Of a DNA stretch of 64,000 bases, positions 36,301 through 49,300 are shown piece by piece. Each line of letters opens with the position of its first letter. The stretch's first letter is position 1. The DNA comes from Eledone cirrhosa (Eukaryota): NCBI GenBank assembly GCA_964016885.1, contig OZ024744.1:132432001-132496000 (forward strand), given 5' to 3'. A program made the position numbers and the translations under genes. Below the pieces are notes generated by a model, which was not told the DNA's origin, did not search any database, and was given only the letters and a program-made list of their open reading frames with translations.

Positions 36301-38158
36301 GTTAAGTTAAGTTGGGGTTAAGTTAAGTTGGGTTTAAGTTAAGTTGGGGTTAAATTAAGTTGGGGTTAAATTAAAGTGGGGTTAAGTTAAGTTGGGGGTA
36401 AGTTAAGTTGGGGGCAAGTTAAGTTGGTGTTAAGTTAAGTTGGGGTTAAGTTAAGTTGGGGTTAAGTTAAGTTGGGTTTAAGTTAAGTTGGGACTAAGTT
36501 AAGTTAGGGCTAAGTTCAGTTGGGGTAAAGTTAAGTTGGGGCTAAGTTAAGTTGGGTATAAGTTGAGTTGGGGTTAAGTTAAGTTGGGGTTAAGTTAAGT
36601 TGGGGTTAAATTAAGTTGGGGTTAATTAAGTTGGGGTTAAGTTAAGTTGGGGTTAAGTTAAGTTGGGGTTAATTTAAGTTGGGGTTGTGTTAATTTGGGG
36701 TTAAGTTAAGTTGGGGTTATATTAAGTTGGGGTTAAGTTAAGTTGGGTTTAAGTTAAGTTGGGGTTAAGTTAAGTTGGGGTTAAGTTGAGTTAGGGTTAA
36801 TTTAAGTTGGGGTTATGTTAAGTTGGGGTTAAGTTAAGTTGGGGTTAAGTAGAGTTGGGGTTAATTTAAGTTGGGGTTAAGTTGGGGTTAAGTTGAGTGG
36901 TGGTTATGTTAAGTTGGGGTTAAGTTAAGTTGGGGTTAATTTAAATTGGGGTTAAGTTAACTTTGTGGTTAAGTTAAGTTGGAGTTAAGTTAAGTTGGGG
37001 TTAAGTTAAGTTGGGGTTGAGTTAAGTTGGGGTTAAATTAAGTTGGGGTTAAATTAAGGTGGGGTTAAGTTAAGTTGGGGGTAAGTTAAGTTGGGGGCAA
37101 GTTAAGTTGGTGTTAAGTTAAGTTGGGGTTAAGTTAAGTTGGGGTTAAGTTAAGTTGGGTTTAAGTTAAGTTGGGACTAAGTTAAGTTAGGGCTAAGTTA
37201 AGTTGGGGTTAATTAAGTTGGGGCTAAGTTAAGTTGGGTCTAAGTTGAGTTGGGGTTAAGTTAAGTTGGGGTTAAGTTAAGTTGGGGTTAAATTAAGTTG
37301 GGGTTAATTAAGTTGGGGTTAAGTTAAGTTGGGGTTAAGTTAAGTTGGGGTTAATTTAAGTTGGGGGTAAGTTAAGTTGGTGGTAAGTTAAGTTGGGGTT
37401 AAGTTAAGTTGGGGTTAATTTAAATTGGGGTTAATTTAACTTTGTGGTTAAGTTAAGTTGGGGTTTATTTAAGTTGGGTTTAAGTTAAGTTGGGGTTGAG
37501 TTAAGTTGGGGTTGAGTGAAGTTGGGGTTAAGTTAAGTCGGGGTTAATTTAAGTTGGGGTTGAGTTAAGTCGGGGTTAATTCAAGTTGGGGCTAAGTTAA
37601 TTTGTGGTTAAGTTAAGTTGGGGTTAAGTTAAGTTGGGGTTAAGTTAAGTTGGGGGTAAGTTAAGTTGGGGGCAAGTTAAGTTGGGGTTAAGTTAAGTTG
37701 CGGTTAATTTAAGTTGGGGTTAAGTTAAGTTGGGTTTAAGTTAAGTTGGGGTTCAGTTAAGTTGGGGTTTAGTTAAGTTGGGGTTAAGTTAAGTTGGGGT
37801 TGAGTTAAGTTGGGGTTTAATTAAGTTGGGGTTGAGTTAAGTTGGGGTTTAGTTAAGTGGGGGTTGAGTTAAGTTGGGGTTAAGCTAAGTTGGGGTTAAG
37901 TTAAATTGAGGTTAAGTTAACTTGGGTTTGAGTTAAGTTGGGGTTAAGTTAAGTTGGTGTTAAGTTCAGTTCAGGTTAAGTTAACTTGGGGTTAAGTTAA
38001 GTTGGGGTTGAGTTAAGTTGGGGTTGAGTTAAGTTGGGGTTAAGTTAAGTTGGGGTTAACTTAAGTTGGGGTTAAGTTAAGTTGGGGTTAATTTAAGTTG
38101 GGGTTCAGTTAAATTGAGGTTAAGATAACTTGGGTTTGCGTTAAGATGGGGTTAAGTT

Positions 38159-41100
38159 AGGTTTGTCGAAAACCTTATATAATCATTTTTATTTAGGTTC
38201 TTCGAAACACCTTATATAATCAATTTTTTTAGGTTTTTCGAAAAACCTTATATAATCAATTTTTTAATACTTTTAGAAATATTTATATCTGATTTCAAAT
38301 ATTGATTTTATTAGGTTTTTGGAATAATCAATTTTTTTTACGTTTTTCGAAAAATGTTATATAATCAATTTTTTTTAGGTTTTTCGAATCAATTCAATTT
38401 TTATAATCAAATATTTTTAGGTTTTTAGAAAAACCTTATATAATCAAATTTTTTTAGGTTTTTCGAAAAACCTTATATAATTAATTTTTTTATACTTTTA
38501 GAAATATTTATATCTGATTTCAAATATTGGATTTTTTAGGTTTTTCGATAATCAATTTTTTTTAGATTTTTCGAAAAATCTTATATAATCAATTTTTTTA
38601 CGTTTTTAGAAAGACCTTATATAATCAATTTTTTTATACTTTTAGAAATATTTATATCTGATTTCAAATATTGATTTTTTTTTTAGGTTTTTCGAAATAC
38701 CTTATATAATCAATTTTTTTTAGGTTTTTCAAATTACTTTATATAATCAATTTTTTTTATCTGATTTCAAATATTGATTTTTTTAGCTTTTTCGACAAAA
38801 TCTTATATAATCAATTTTTTTTAGGTTTTTCGAAAAAGAATGAATTTGAGTTCATAGTCGAAATATATACTTCTGCATTAATCTTTTTACGTTTTTTTTA
38901 TTTTTTTAAAAAAACGTAAAAAATTAATGCTTTTACAAATCTTTTGAAATATTTACTTTCTAGTTTCAAATTTTGCAGATTAAATTTTTCTCGAAAAACC
39001 TAAAAAATCAGTTGTCGAAATCAGAAGTTAATATTTCGAAAAACGCAATTTGAAAAACTCATATTAATTTTTTTTCGAAAACATTATATAATCAATTTTT
39101 TAGAAATATTTATATCTGATTTCAAATATTGATTTTTTTAGGTTTTTCGAAAACCCTATATAATCAATTTTTTTGTACTTTTAGAAATATCTATATCTGA
39201 TTTCATGTATTGATTTTTTTATATTTTTCGAAAAATCTTATATAATCAATTTTTTTACGTTTTTAGAAAAACCTTATATAATCAATTTTTTTTAGGTTTT
39301 TCGAAAATCCTTATATAATCAATTTTTTTATGTTTTTTCGAAAAATCTTATATAATCAATTTTTTTACGTTTTTAGAAATATTTATATCTGATTTCAAAT
39401 ATTGATTTTTTTTAGATTTTTCGAAATACCTTATATAATCAATTTTTTTTAGGTTTTTCAAATTACCTTATATAATCAATTTTTTTTATCAGATTTCAAA
39501 TATTGATTTTTTTTAGCTTTTTCGACAAAATCTTATATAATCAATTTTTTTTAGGTTTTTCGAAAAAGAATGAATTTGAGTTCATAGTCGAAATATATAC
39601 TTCTCCATTAATCTTTTTACGTTTTTTTGATTTTTTTTAAAAAAACGTAAAAAATTAATGCTTTTACAAATCTTTTGAAATATTTACTTTCTAGTTTCAA
39701 ATTTTGCAGATTAAATTTTTCTCGAAAAACCTAAAAAATCAGTTGTCGAAATCAGAAGTTAATATTTCGAAAAACGCAATTTGAAAAACTCATATTAATT
39801 TTTTTTCGAAAACATTATATAATCAATTTTTTAGAAATATTTATATCTGATTTCAAATATTGATTTTTTTAGGTTTTTCGAAAACCCTATATAATCAATT
39901 TTTTTGTACTTTTAGAAATATCTATATCTGATTTCATGTATTGATTTTTTTATATTTTTCGAAAAAGCTTAGATAATCAATTTTTTTAGGTCTTTCGAAA
40001 ACATTATATAATCAATTTTTTTTTAGGTTTTTCGAAAAAACCTTATATAATCAATTTTTTTTAGGTTTTTCAAATATTGATTTTTTTAGCTTTTTCGACA
40101 AAATCTTATATAATCAATTTTTTTTAGGTTTTTCGAAAAAGAATGAATTTGAGTTCATAGTCGAAATATATACTTCTGCATTAATCTTTTTACGTTTTTT
40201 TGATTTTTTTAAAAAAACGTAAAAAATTAATGCTTTTACAAATCTTTTGAAATATTTACTTTCTAGTTTCAAATTTTGCAGATTAAATTTTTCTCGAAAA
40301 ACCTAAAAAATCAGTTGTCGAAATCAGAAGTTAATATTTCGAAAAACGCAATTTGAAAAACTCATATTAATTTTTTTTCGAAAACATTATATAATCAATT
40401 TTTTAGAAATATTTATATCTGATTTCAAATATTGATTTTTTTAGGTTTTTCGAAAACCCTATATAATCAATTTTTTTGTACTTTTAGAAATATCTATATC
40501 TGATTTCATGTATTGATTTTTTTATATTTTTCGAAAAATCTTATATAATCAATTTTTTTACGTTTTTAGAAAAACCTTATATAATCAATTTTTTTTAGGT
40601 TTTTCGAAAAACCTTATATAATCAATTTTTTTATGTTTTTTCGAAAAATCTTATATAATCAATTTTTTTACGTTTTTAGAAATATTTATATCTGATTTCA
40701 AATATTGATTTTTTTTAGATTTTTCGAAATACCTTATATAATCAATGTTTTTTAGGTTTTTCAAATTACCTTATATAATCAATTTTTTTTATCAGATTTC
40801 AAATATTGATTTTTTTTAGCTTTTTCGACAAAATCTTATATAATCAATTTTTTTTAGGTTTTTCGAAAAAGAATGAATTTGAGTTCATAGTCGAAATATA
40901 TACTTCTGCATTAATCTTTTTACGTTTTTTTGATTTTTTTTAAAAAAACGTAAAAAATTAATGCTTTTACAAATCTTTTGAAATATTTACTTTCTAGTTT
41001 CAAATTTTGCAGATTAAATTTTTCTCGAAAAACCTAAAAAATCAGTTGTCGAAATCAGAAGTTAATATTTCGAAAAACGCAATTTGAAAAACTCATATTA

Positions 41101-42260
41101 ATTTTTTTTCGAAAACATTATATAATCAATTTTTTAGAAATATTTATATCTGATTTCAAATATTGATTTTTTTAGGTTTTTCGAAAACCCTATATAATCA
41201 ATTTTTTTGTACTTTTAGAAATATCTATATCTGATTTCATGTATTGATTTTTTTATATTTTTCGAAAAAGCTTAGATAATCAATTTTTTTAGGTCTTTCG
41301 AAAACATTATATAATCAATTTTTTTACGTTTTTAGAAAAACCTTATATAATCAATTTTTTTTAGGTTTTTCGAAAAACCTTATATAATCAATTTTTTTAT
41401 GTTTTTTCGAAAAATCTTATATAATCAATTTTTTTACGTTTTTAGAAATATTTATATCTGATTTCAAATATTGATTTTTTTTAGATATTTCGAAATACCT
41501 TATATAATCAATTTTTTTTAGGTTTTTCAAATTACCTTATATAATCAATTTTTTTTATCAGATTTCAAATATTGATTTTTTTTAGCTTTTTCGACAAAAT
41601 CTTATATAATCAATTTTTTTTAGGTTTTTCGAAAAAGAATGAATTTGAGTTCATAGTCGAAATATATACTTCTGCATTTTTACGTTTTTTTGATTTTTTT
41701 TAAAAAAACGTAAAAAATTAATGCTTTTACAAATCTTTTGAAATATTTACTTTCTAGTTTCAAATTTTGCAGATTAAATTTTTCTCGAAAAACCTAAAAA
41801 ATCAGTTGTCGAAATCAGAAGTTAATATTTCGAAAAACGCAATTTGAAAAACTCATATTAATTTTTTTTCGAAAACTTATTATATAATCAATTTTTTTAT
41901 ACTTTTAGAAATATTTATATCTGATTTCAAATATTGATTTTTTTAGGTTTTTCGAAAACCCTATATAATCAATTTTTTTGTACTTTTAGAAATATCTATA
42001 TCTGATTTCATGTATTGATTTTTTTATATTTTTCGAAAAAGCTTAGATAATCAATTTTTTTAGGTCTTTCGAAAACCTTATATAATCAATTTTTTTTTAG
42101 GTTTTTCGAAAAAACCTTATATAATCAATTTTTTTTAGGTTTTTTCGAAAAATCTTACATAATCAATTTTTTTACGTTTTTAGAAATATTTATATCTGAT
42201 TTCAAATATTGATTTTTTTTAGATTTTTCGAAATACCTTATTTTTAGGTTTTTCAAATTA
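38159..42260 (+). repeat. Satellite B block 2
   Basis: Same first and last several hundred bp as block B1, with five monomer markers. Confidence 0.96.
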
Positions 42261-45200
42261 CCCCGACTTAACTTAACCCCAACTTAACTTAACCCCAACT
42301 TAACTTAACCCCAACTTAACTTAACCCCAACTTGACTTAACCCCAACATAACTCACACCCAACTTAACTTACCCCCAACTTAACTTAACCCCAACTTGAC
42401 TTAACCCCAACTTAACTTAACCCCAACTTAACTTAACGCCAAAGTCGGAGTTAAGTTAAGTTGGGGTTAAGCTAAGTTGGGGGTAAGTTAAGTTGGGGGT
42501 AAGTTAAATTGGGGTTAAGTTAAGTTGGGGTTAAGTTAGGGTTAAGTTAAGTTGGGTATAAGTTAAGTTGGGGTTGAGTGAAGTTGGGGTTAAGTTAAGT
42601 TGGGGTTAAGTTAAGTTAGGGTTAATTTAAGTTGGGGTTAAGTTAAGTTGGGGTTAACTTAAGTTGGGGTTAAGTTAAGTTGGGGTTAATTTAGGTTGGG
42701 GTTAAGTTAAGTTGGGGTTAAGATAAGTTGGGGTTAAGTTAAATTGAGATTAAGTTAACTTGGGTTTGAGTTAAGTTGGGGATAAGTTAAGTGGTGGTTA
42801 TGTTAAGTTGGGGTTAAGTTAAGTTGGGGTTAACCCCAACTTAACTTAACCCCAACTTAACTTAACCCCAACTTCACTCAACCCCAACTTAAATTAACCC
42901 CAACTTCACTCAACCCCAACTTAACTCAACCCCAACTTAAATTAACCCCAACTTAACTTAACCCTGACTTAACTTAACCCCGACTTAACTTCACCCCGAC
43001 TTAACTTAACCCCAACTTAACTTAAACCCCAACTTAACTTAACCCCAACTTAACTTAACCCCAACTTGACTTAACCCCAACTTAACTCACACCCAACTTA
43101 ACTTACCCCCAACTTAACTTAACCACAACTTGACGTAAACCCAACTTAACTTAACCCCAACTTAACTTAACCCCAAAGTCGGAGTTCAGTTAAGTTGGGG
43201 TTCAGTTAAGTTAGGCTTAACTTAAGTTGGGGTTAAGTTAAGTTGGGGGTAAGTTAAGTTGGGGGTAAGTTAAGTTTGGGTTAAGTTAAGTTGGGGTTGA
43301 CTTAAGTTGGGGTTAAGTTAAGTTGGGGTTATGTTAAGTTGGGTTTAAGTTAAGTTGGGGTTAAGTTAAGTTGGGGTTAAGTTAAGTTGCGGTTAAGTTA
43401 AGTTGGGGTTAAGTTAAGTTGGGGTTAAGTTAAGTTGGGGTTAAGTTAAGTTGGGGTTAATTTAAGTTGGGGTTAAATTAAGTTGGGGTTAATTTAAGTT
43501 GGGGGTTAAGATAAGTTGGGGTTAAGTTAAGTTGGGGTTAAATTAAGTTGGGGTTAAGTTAAGTTGGGGTTAATTTAAGTTGGGGTTAAGTTAAGTTGGG
43601 GTTGAGTTAAGTTGGGGGTAAGTTAAGTTAGGGGTAAGTTAAGTTGGGTGTAAGTTAAGATGGGGTTAAGTTAAGTTGGGGTTAAGTTATTTTGGGGTTA
43701 AGTTAAGTTGGGGGTAAGTTAAGTTGGTGATAAGTTAAGTTGGGGGTAAGTTAAGTTGGGGTTAAGTTAAGTTGGGTTAAGTTGGGGTTAAGTTAAGTTA
43801 GGGTTAAGTTAAGTTGGGGTTGAGTTAAGTTGGGGTTAAGTTAAGAGGTGGTTATGTTCAGTTGGGGTTAAGTTAAGTTGGGGTTAAGTTAAGTTGGGGT
43901 TAAGTTAAGTTGGGGTTAAGATAAGTTGGGGTTAAGTTAAGTTGGGGTTGAGTTAAGTTGGGGTTGAGTTAATTTGGGGTTAAGTTAAGTTGGGGTTAAC
44001 TTAATTTGGGTTTAATTTAAGTTGGGGTTAAGTTAAGTTGGGGTTAAATTAAGTTGGGATTAAGTTAAGTTGGGTGTACGTTAAGTTGGGGTTGACTGAA
44101 GTTGGGGTTAAGTTAAGTTGGGGTTAAGTAGAGTTGGGGTTAATTTAAGTTGGGGTTAAGTTAAGTTGGTGTTAAGTTGGGGTTAAGTTAAGTTGGGGTT
44201 AAGTTGGGGTTAAGTTAAGTGGTGGTTATGTTAAGTTGGGGTTAAGTTAAGTTGGGGTTAATTTAAATTGGGGTTAAGTTAACTTTGTGGTTAAGTTAAG
44301 TTGGAGTTAAGTTAAGTTGGGGTTAAGTTAAGTTGGGGTTGAGTGAAGTTGGGGTTAATTTAAGTTGGGGTTCAGTTAAGTTGGGGTTAAGTTAAGTTGG
44401 GGTTGAGTTAAGTTGGGGTTAATTTAAGTTGAGGTTATTTTAAGTTGGGGTTAAGTTAAGTTGGGGTTAAGTTAAGTTGGGGTTAAGTTAAGTTGGGGTT
44501 AAGTTAAGTTGGGGTTAAGTTAAGTTGGGTTTAAGTTAAGTTGGGGTTAAATTAAGTTGGGGTTAAATTAAAGTGGGGTTAAGTTAAGTTGGGGGTAAGT
44601 TAAGTTGGGGGCAAGTTAAGTTGGTGTTAAGTTAAGTTGGGGTTAAGTTAAGTTGGGGTTAAGTTAAGTTGGGTTTAAGTTAAGTTGGGACTAAGTTAAG
44701 TTAGGGCTAAGTTCAGTTGGGGTAAAGTTAAGTTGGGGCTAAGTTAAGTTGGGTATAAGTTGAGTTGGGGTTAAGTTAAGTTGGGGTTAAGTTAAGTTGG
44801 GGTTAAATTAAGTTGGGGTTAATTAAGTTGGGGTTAAGTTAAGTTGGGGTTAAGTTAAGTTGGGGTTAATTTAAGTTGGGGTTGTGTTAATTTGGGGTTA
44901 AGTTAAGTTGGGGTTATATTAAGTTGGGGTTAAGTTAAGTTGGGTTTAAGTTAAGTTGGGGTTAAGTTAAGTTGGGGTTAAGTTGAGTTAGGGTTAATTT
45001 AAGTTGGGGTTATGTTAAGTTGGGGTTAAGTTAAGTTGGGGTTAAGTAGAGTTGGGGTTAATTTAAGTTGGGGTTAAGTTAAGTTGGTGTTAAGTTGGGG
45101 TTAAGTTAAGTTGGGGTTAAGTTGGGGTTAAGTTGAGTGGTGGTTATGTTAAGTTGGGGTTAAGTTAAGTTGGGGTTAATTTAAATTGGGGTTAAGTTAA

Positions 45201-46398
45201 CTTTGTGGTTAAGTTAAGTTGGAGTTAAGTTAAGTTGGGGTTAAGTTAAGTTGGGGTTGAGTTAAGTTGGGGTTAAATTAAGTTGGGGTTAAATTAAGGT
45301 GGGGTTAAGTTAAGTTGGGGGTAAGTTAAGTTGGGGGCAAGTTAAGTTGGTGTTAAGTTAAGTTGGGGTTAAGTTAAGTTGGGGTTAAGTTAAGTTGGGT
45401 TTAAGTTAAGTTGGGACTAAGTTAAGTTAGGGCTAAGTTAAGTTGGGGTTAATTAAGTTGGGGCTAAGTTAAGTTGGGTCTAAGTTGAGTTGGGGTTAAG
45501 TTAAGTTGGGGTTAAGTTAAGTTGGGGTTAAATTAAGTTGGGGTTAATTAAGTTGGGGTTAAGTTAAGTTGGGGTTAAGTTAAGTTGGGGTTAATTTAAG
45601 TTGGGGGTAAGTTAAGTTGGTGGTAAGTTAAGTTGGGGTTAAGTTAAGTTGGGGTTAATTTAAATTGGGGTTAATTTAACTTTGTGGTTAAGTTAAGTTG
45701 GGGTTTATTTAAGTTGGGTTTAAGTTAAGTTGGGGTTGAGTTAAGTTGGGGTTGAGTGAAGTTGGGGTTAAGTTAAGTCGGGGTTAATTTAAGTTGGGGT
45801 TGAGTTAAGTCGGGGTTAATTCAAGTTGGGGCTAAGTTAATTTGTGGTTAAGTTAAGTTGGGGTTAAGTTAAGTTGGGGTTAAGTTAAGTTGGGGGTAAG
45901 TTAAGTTGGGGGCAAGTTAAGTTGGGGTTAAGTTAAGTTGCGGTTAATTTAAGTTGGGGTTAAGTTAAGTTGGGTTTAAGTTAAGTTGGGGTTCAGTTAA
46001 GTTGGGGTTTAGTTAAGTTGGGGTTAAGTTAAGTTGGGGTTGAGTTAAGTTGGGGTTTAATTAAGTTGGGGTTGAGTTAAGTTGGGGTTTAGTTAAGTGG
46101 GGGTTGAGTTAAGTTGGGGTTAAGCTAAGTTGGGGTTAAGTTAAATTGAGGTTAAGTTAACTTGGGTTTGAGTTAAGTTGGGGTTAAGTTAAGTTGGTGT
46201 TAAGTTCAGTTCAGGTTAAGTTAACTTGGGGTTAAGTTAAGTTGGGGTTGAGTTAAGTTGGGGTTGAGTTAAGTTGGGGTTAAGTTAAGTTGGGGTTAAC
46301 TTAAGTTGGGGTTAAGTTAAGTTGGGGTTAATTTAAGTTGGGGTTCAGTTAAATTGAGGTTAAGATAACTTGGGTTTGCGTTAAGATGGGGTTAAGTT
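42261..46398 (+). repeat. Satellite A block 3 (inverted cassettes at 42261-42442 and 42832-43176)
   Basis: The first ~1 kb matches the start of A2 and the last ~3.1 kb matches the end of A1/A2. Confidence 0.96.
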
Positions 46399-49300
46399 AG
46401 GTTTGTCGAAAACCTTATATAATCATTTTTATTTAGGTTCTTCGAAACACCTTATATAATCAATTTTTTTAGGTTTTTCGAAAAACCTTATATAATCAAT
46501 TTTTTAATACTTTTAGAAATATTTATATCTGATTTCAAATATTGATTTTATTAGGTTTTTGGAATAATCAATTTTTTTTACGTTTTTCGAAAAATGTTAT
46601 ATAATCAATTTTTTTTAGGTTTTTCGAATCAATTCAATTTTTATAATCAAATATTTTTAGGTTTTTAGAAAAACCTTATATAATCAAATTTTTTTAGGTT
46701 TTTCGAAAAACCTTATATAATTAATTTTTTTATACTTTTAGAAATATTTATATCTGATTTCAAATATTGGATTTTTTAGGTTTTTCGATAATCAATTTTT
46801 TTTAGATTTTTCGAAAAATCTTATATAATCAATTTTTTTACGTTTTTAGAAAGACCTTATATAATCAATTTTTTTATACTTTTAGAAATATTTATATCTG
46901 ATTTCAAATATTGATTTTTTTTTTAGGTTTTTCGAAATACCTTATATAATCAATTTTTTTTAGGTTTTTCAAATTACTTTATATAATCAATTTTTTTTAT
47001 CTGATTTCAAATATTGATTTTTTTAGCTTTTTCGACAAAATCTTATATAATCAATTTTTTTTAGGTTTTTCGAAAAAGAATGAATTTGAGTTCATAGTCG
47101 AAATATATACTTCTGCATTAATCTTTTTACGTTTTTTTTATTTTTTTAAAAAAACGTAAAAAATTAATGCTTTTACAAATCTTTTGAAATATTTACTTTC
47201 TAGTTTCAAATTTTGCAGATTAAATTTTTCTCGAAAAACCTAAAAAATCAGTTGTCGAAATCAGAAGTTAATATTTCGAAAAACGCAATTTGAAAAACTC
47301 ATATTAATTTTTTTTCGAAAACATTATATAATCAATTTTTTAGAAATATTTATATCTGATTTCAAATATTGATTTTTTTAGGTTTTTCGAAAACCCTATA
47401 TAATCAATTTTTTTGTACTTTTAGAAATATCTATATCTGATTTCATGTATTGATTTTTTTATATTTTTCGAAAAATCTTATATAATCAATTTTTTTACGT
47501 TTTTAGAAAAACCTTATATAATCAATTTTTTTTAGGTTTTTCGAAAATCCTTATATAATCAATTTTTTTATGTTTTTTCGAAAAATCTTATATAATCAAT
47601 TTTTTTACGTTTTTAGAAATATTTATATCTGATTTCAAATATTGATTTTTTTTAGATTTTTCGAAATACCTTATATAATCAATTTTTTTTAGGTTTTTCA
47701 AATTACCTTATATAATCAATTTTTTTTATCAGATTTCAAATATTGATTTTTTTTAGCTTTTTCGACAAAATCTTATATAATCAATTTTTTTTAGGTTTTT
47801 CGAAAAAGAATGAATTTGAGTTCATAGTCGAAATATATACTTCTGCATTAATCTTTTTACGTTTTTTTGATTTTTTTTAAAAAAACGTAAAAAATTAATG
47901 CTTTTACAAATCTTTTGAAATATTTACTTTCTAGTTTCAAATTTTGCAGATTAAATTTTTCTCGAAAAACCTAAAAAATCAGTTGTCGAAATCAGAAGTT
48001 AATATTTCGAAAAACGCAATTTGAAAAACTCATATTAATTTTTTTTCGAAAACATTATATAATCAATTTTTTAGAAATATTTATATCTGATTTCAAATAT
48101 TGATTTTTTTAGGTTTTTCGAAAACCCTATATAATCAATTTTTTTGTACTTTTAGAAATATCTATATCTGATTTCATGTATTGATTTTTTTATATTTTTC
48201 GAAAAAGCTTAGATAATCAATTTTTTTAGGTCTTTCGAAAACATTATATAATCAATTTTTTTTTAGGTTTTTCGAAAAAACCTTATATAATCAATTTTTT
48301 TTAGGTTTTTCAAATATTGATTTTTTTAGCTTTTTCGACAAAATCTTATATAATCAATTTTTTTTAGGTTTTTCGAAAAAGAATGAATTTGAGTTCATAG
48401 TCGAAATATATACTTCTGCATTAATCTTTTTACGTTTTTTTGATTTTTTTAAAAAAACGTAAAAAATTAATGCTTTTACAAATCTTTTGAAATATTTACT
48501 TTCTAGTTTCAAATTTTGCAGATTAAATTTTTCTCGAAAAACCTAAAAAATCAGTTGTCGAAATCAGAAGTTAATATTTCGAAAAACGCAATTTGAAAAA
48601 CTCATATTAATTTTTTTTCGAAAACATTATATAATCAATTTTTTAGAAATATTTATATCTGATTTCAAATATTGATTTTTTTAGGTTTTTCGAAAACCCT
48701 ATATAATCAATTTTTTTGTACTTTTAGAAATATCTATATCTGATTTCATGTATTGATTTTTTTATATTTTTCGAAAAATCTTATATAATCAATTTTTTTA
48801 CGTTTTTAGAAAAACCTTATATAATCAATTTTTTTTAGGTTTTTCGAAAAACCTTATATAATCAATTTTTTTATGTTTTTTCGAAAAATCTTATATAATC
48901 AATTTTTTTACGTTTTTAGAAATATTTATATCTGATTTCAAATATTGATTTTTTTTAGATTTTTCGAAATACCTTATATAATCAATGTTTTTTAGGTTTT
49001 TCAAATTACCTTATATAATCAATTTTTTTTATCAGATTTCAAATATTGATTTTTTTTAGCTTTTTCGACAAAATCTTATATAATCAATTTTTTTTAGGTT
49101 TTTCGAAAAAGAATGAATTTGAGTTCATAGTCGAAATATATACTTCTGCATTAATCTTTTTACGTTTTTTTGATTTTTTTTAAAAAAACGTAAAAAATTA
49201 ATGCTTTTACAAATCTTTTGAAATATTTACTTTCTAGTTTCAAATTTTGCAGATTAAATTTTTCTCGAAAAACCTAAAAAATCAGTTGTCGAAATCAGAA

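Larger units (their letters stand above)
21837..38158 (+). repeat. Satellite A block 2 (16.3 kb, seven inverted cassettes)
   Basis: Same 16-mer. Begins at caaatta|ccccgacttaac and ends at gttaagtt|aggtttgtcg. Confidence 0.97.
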
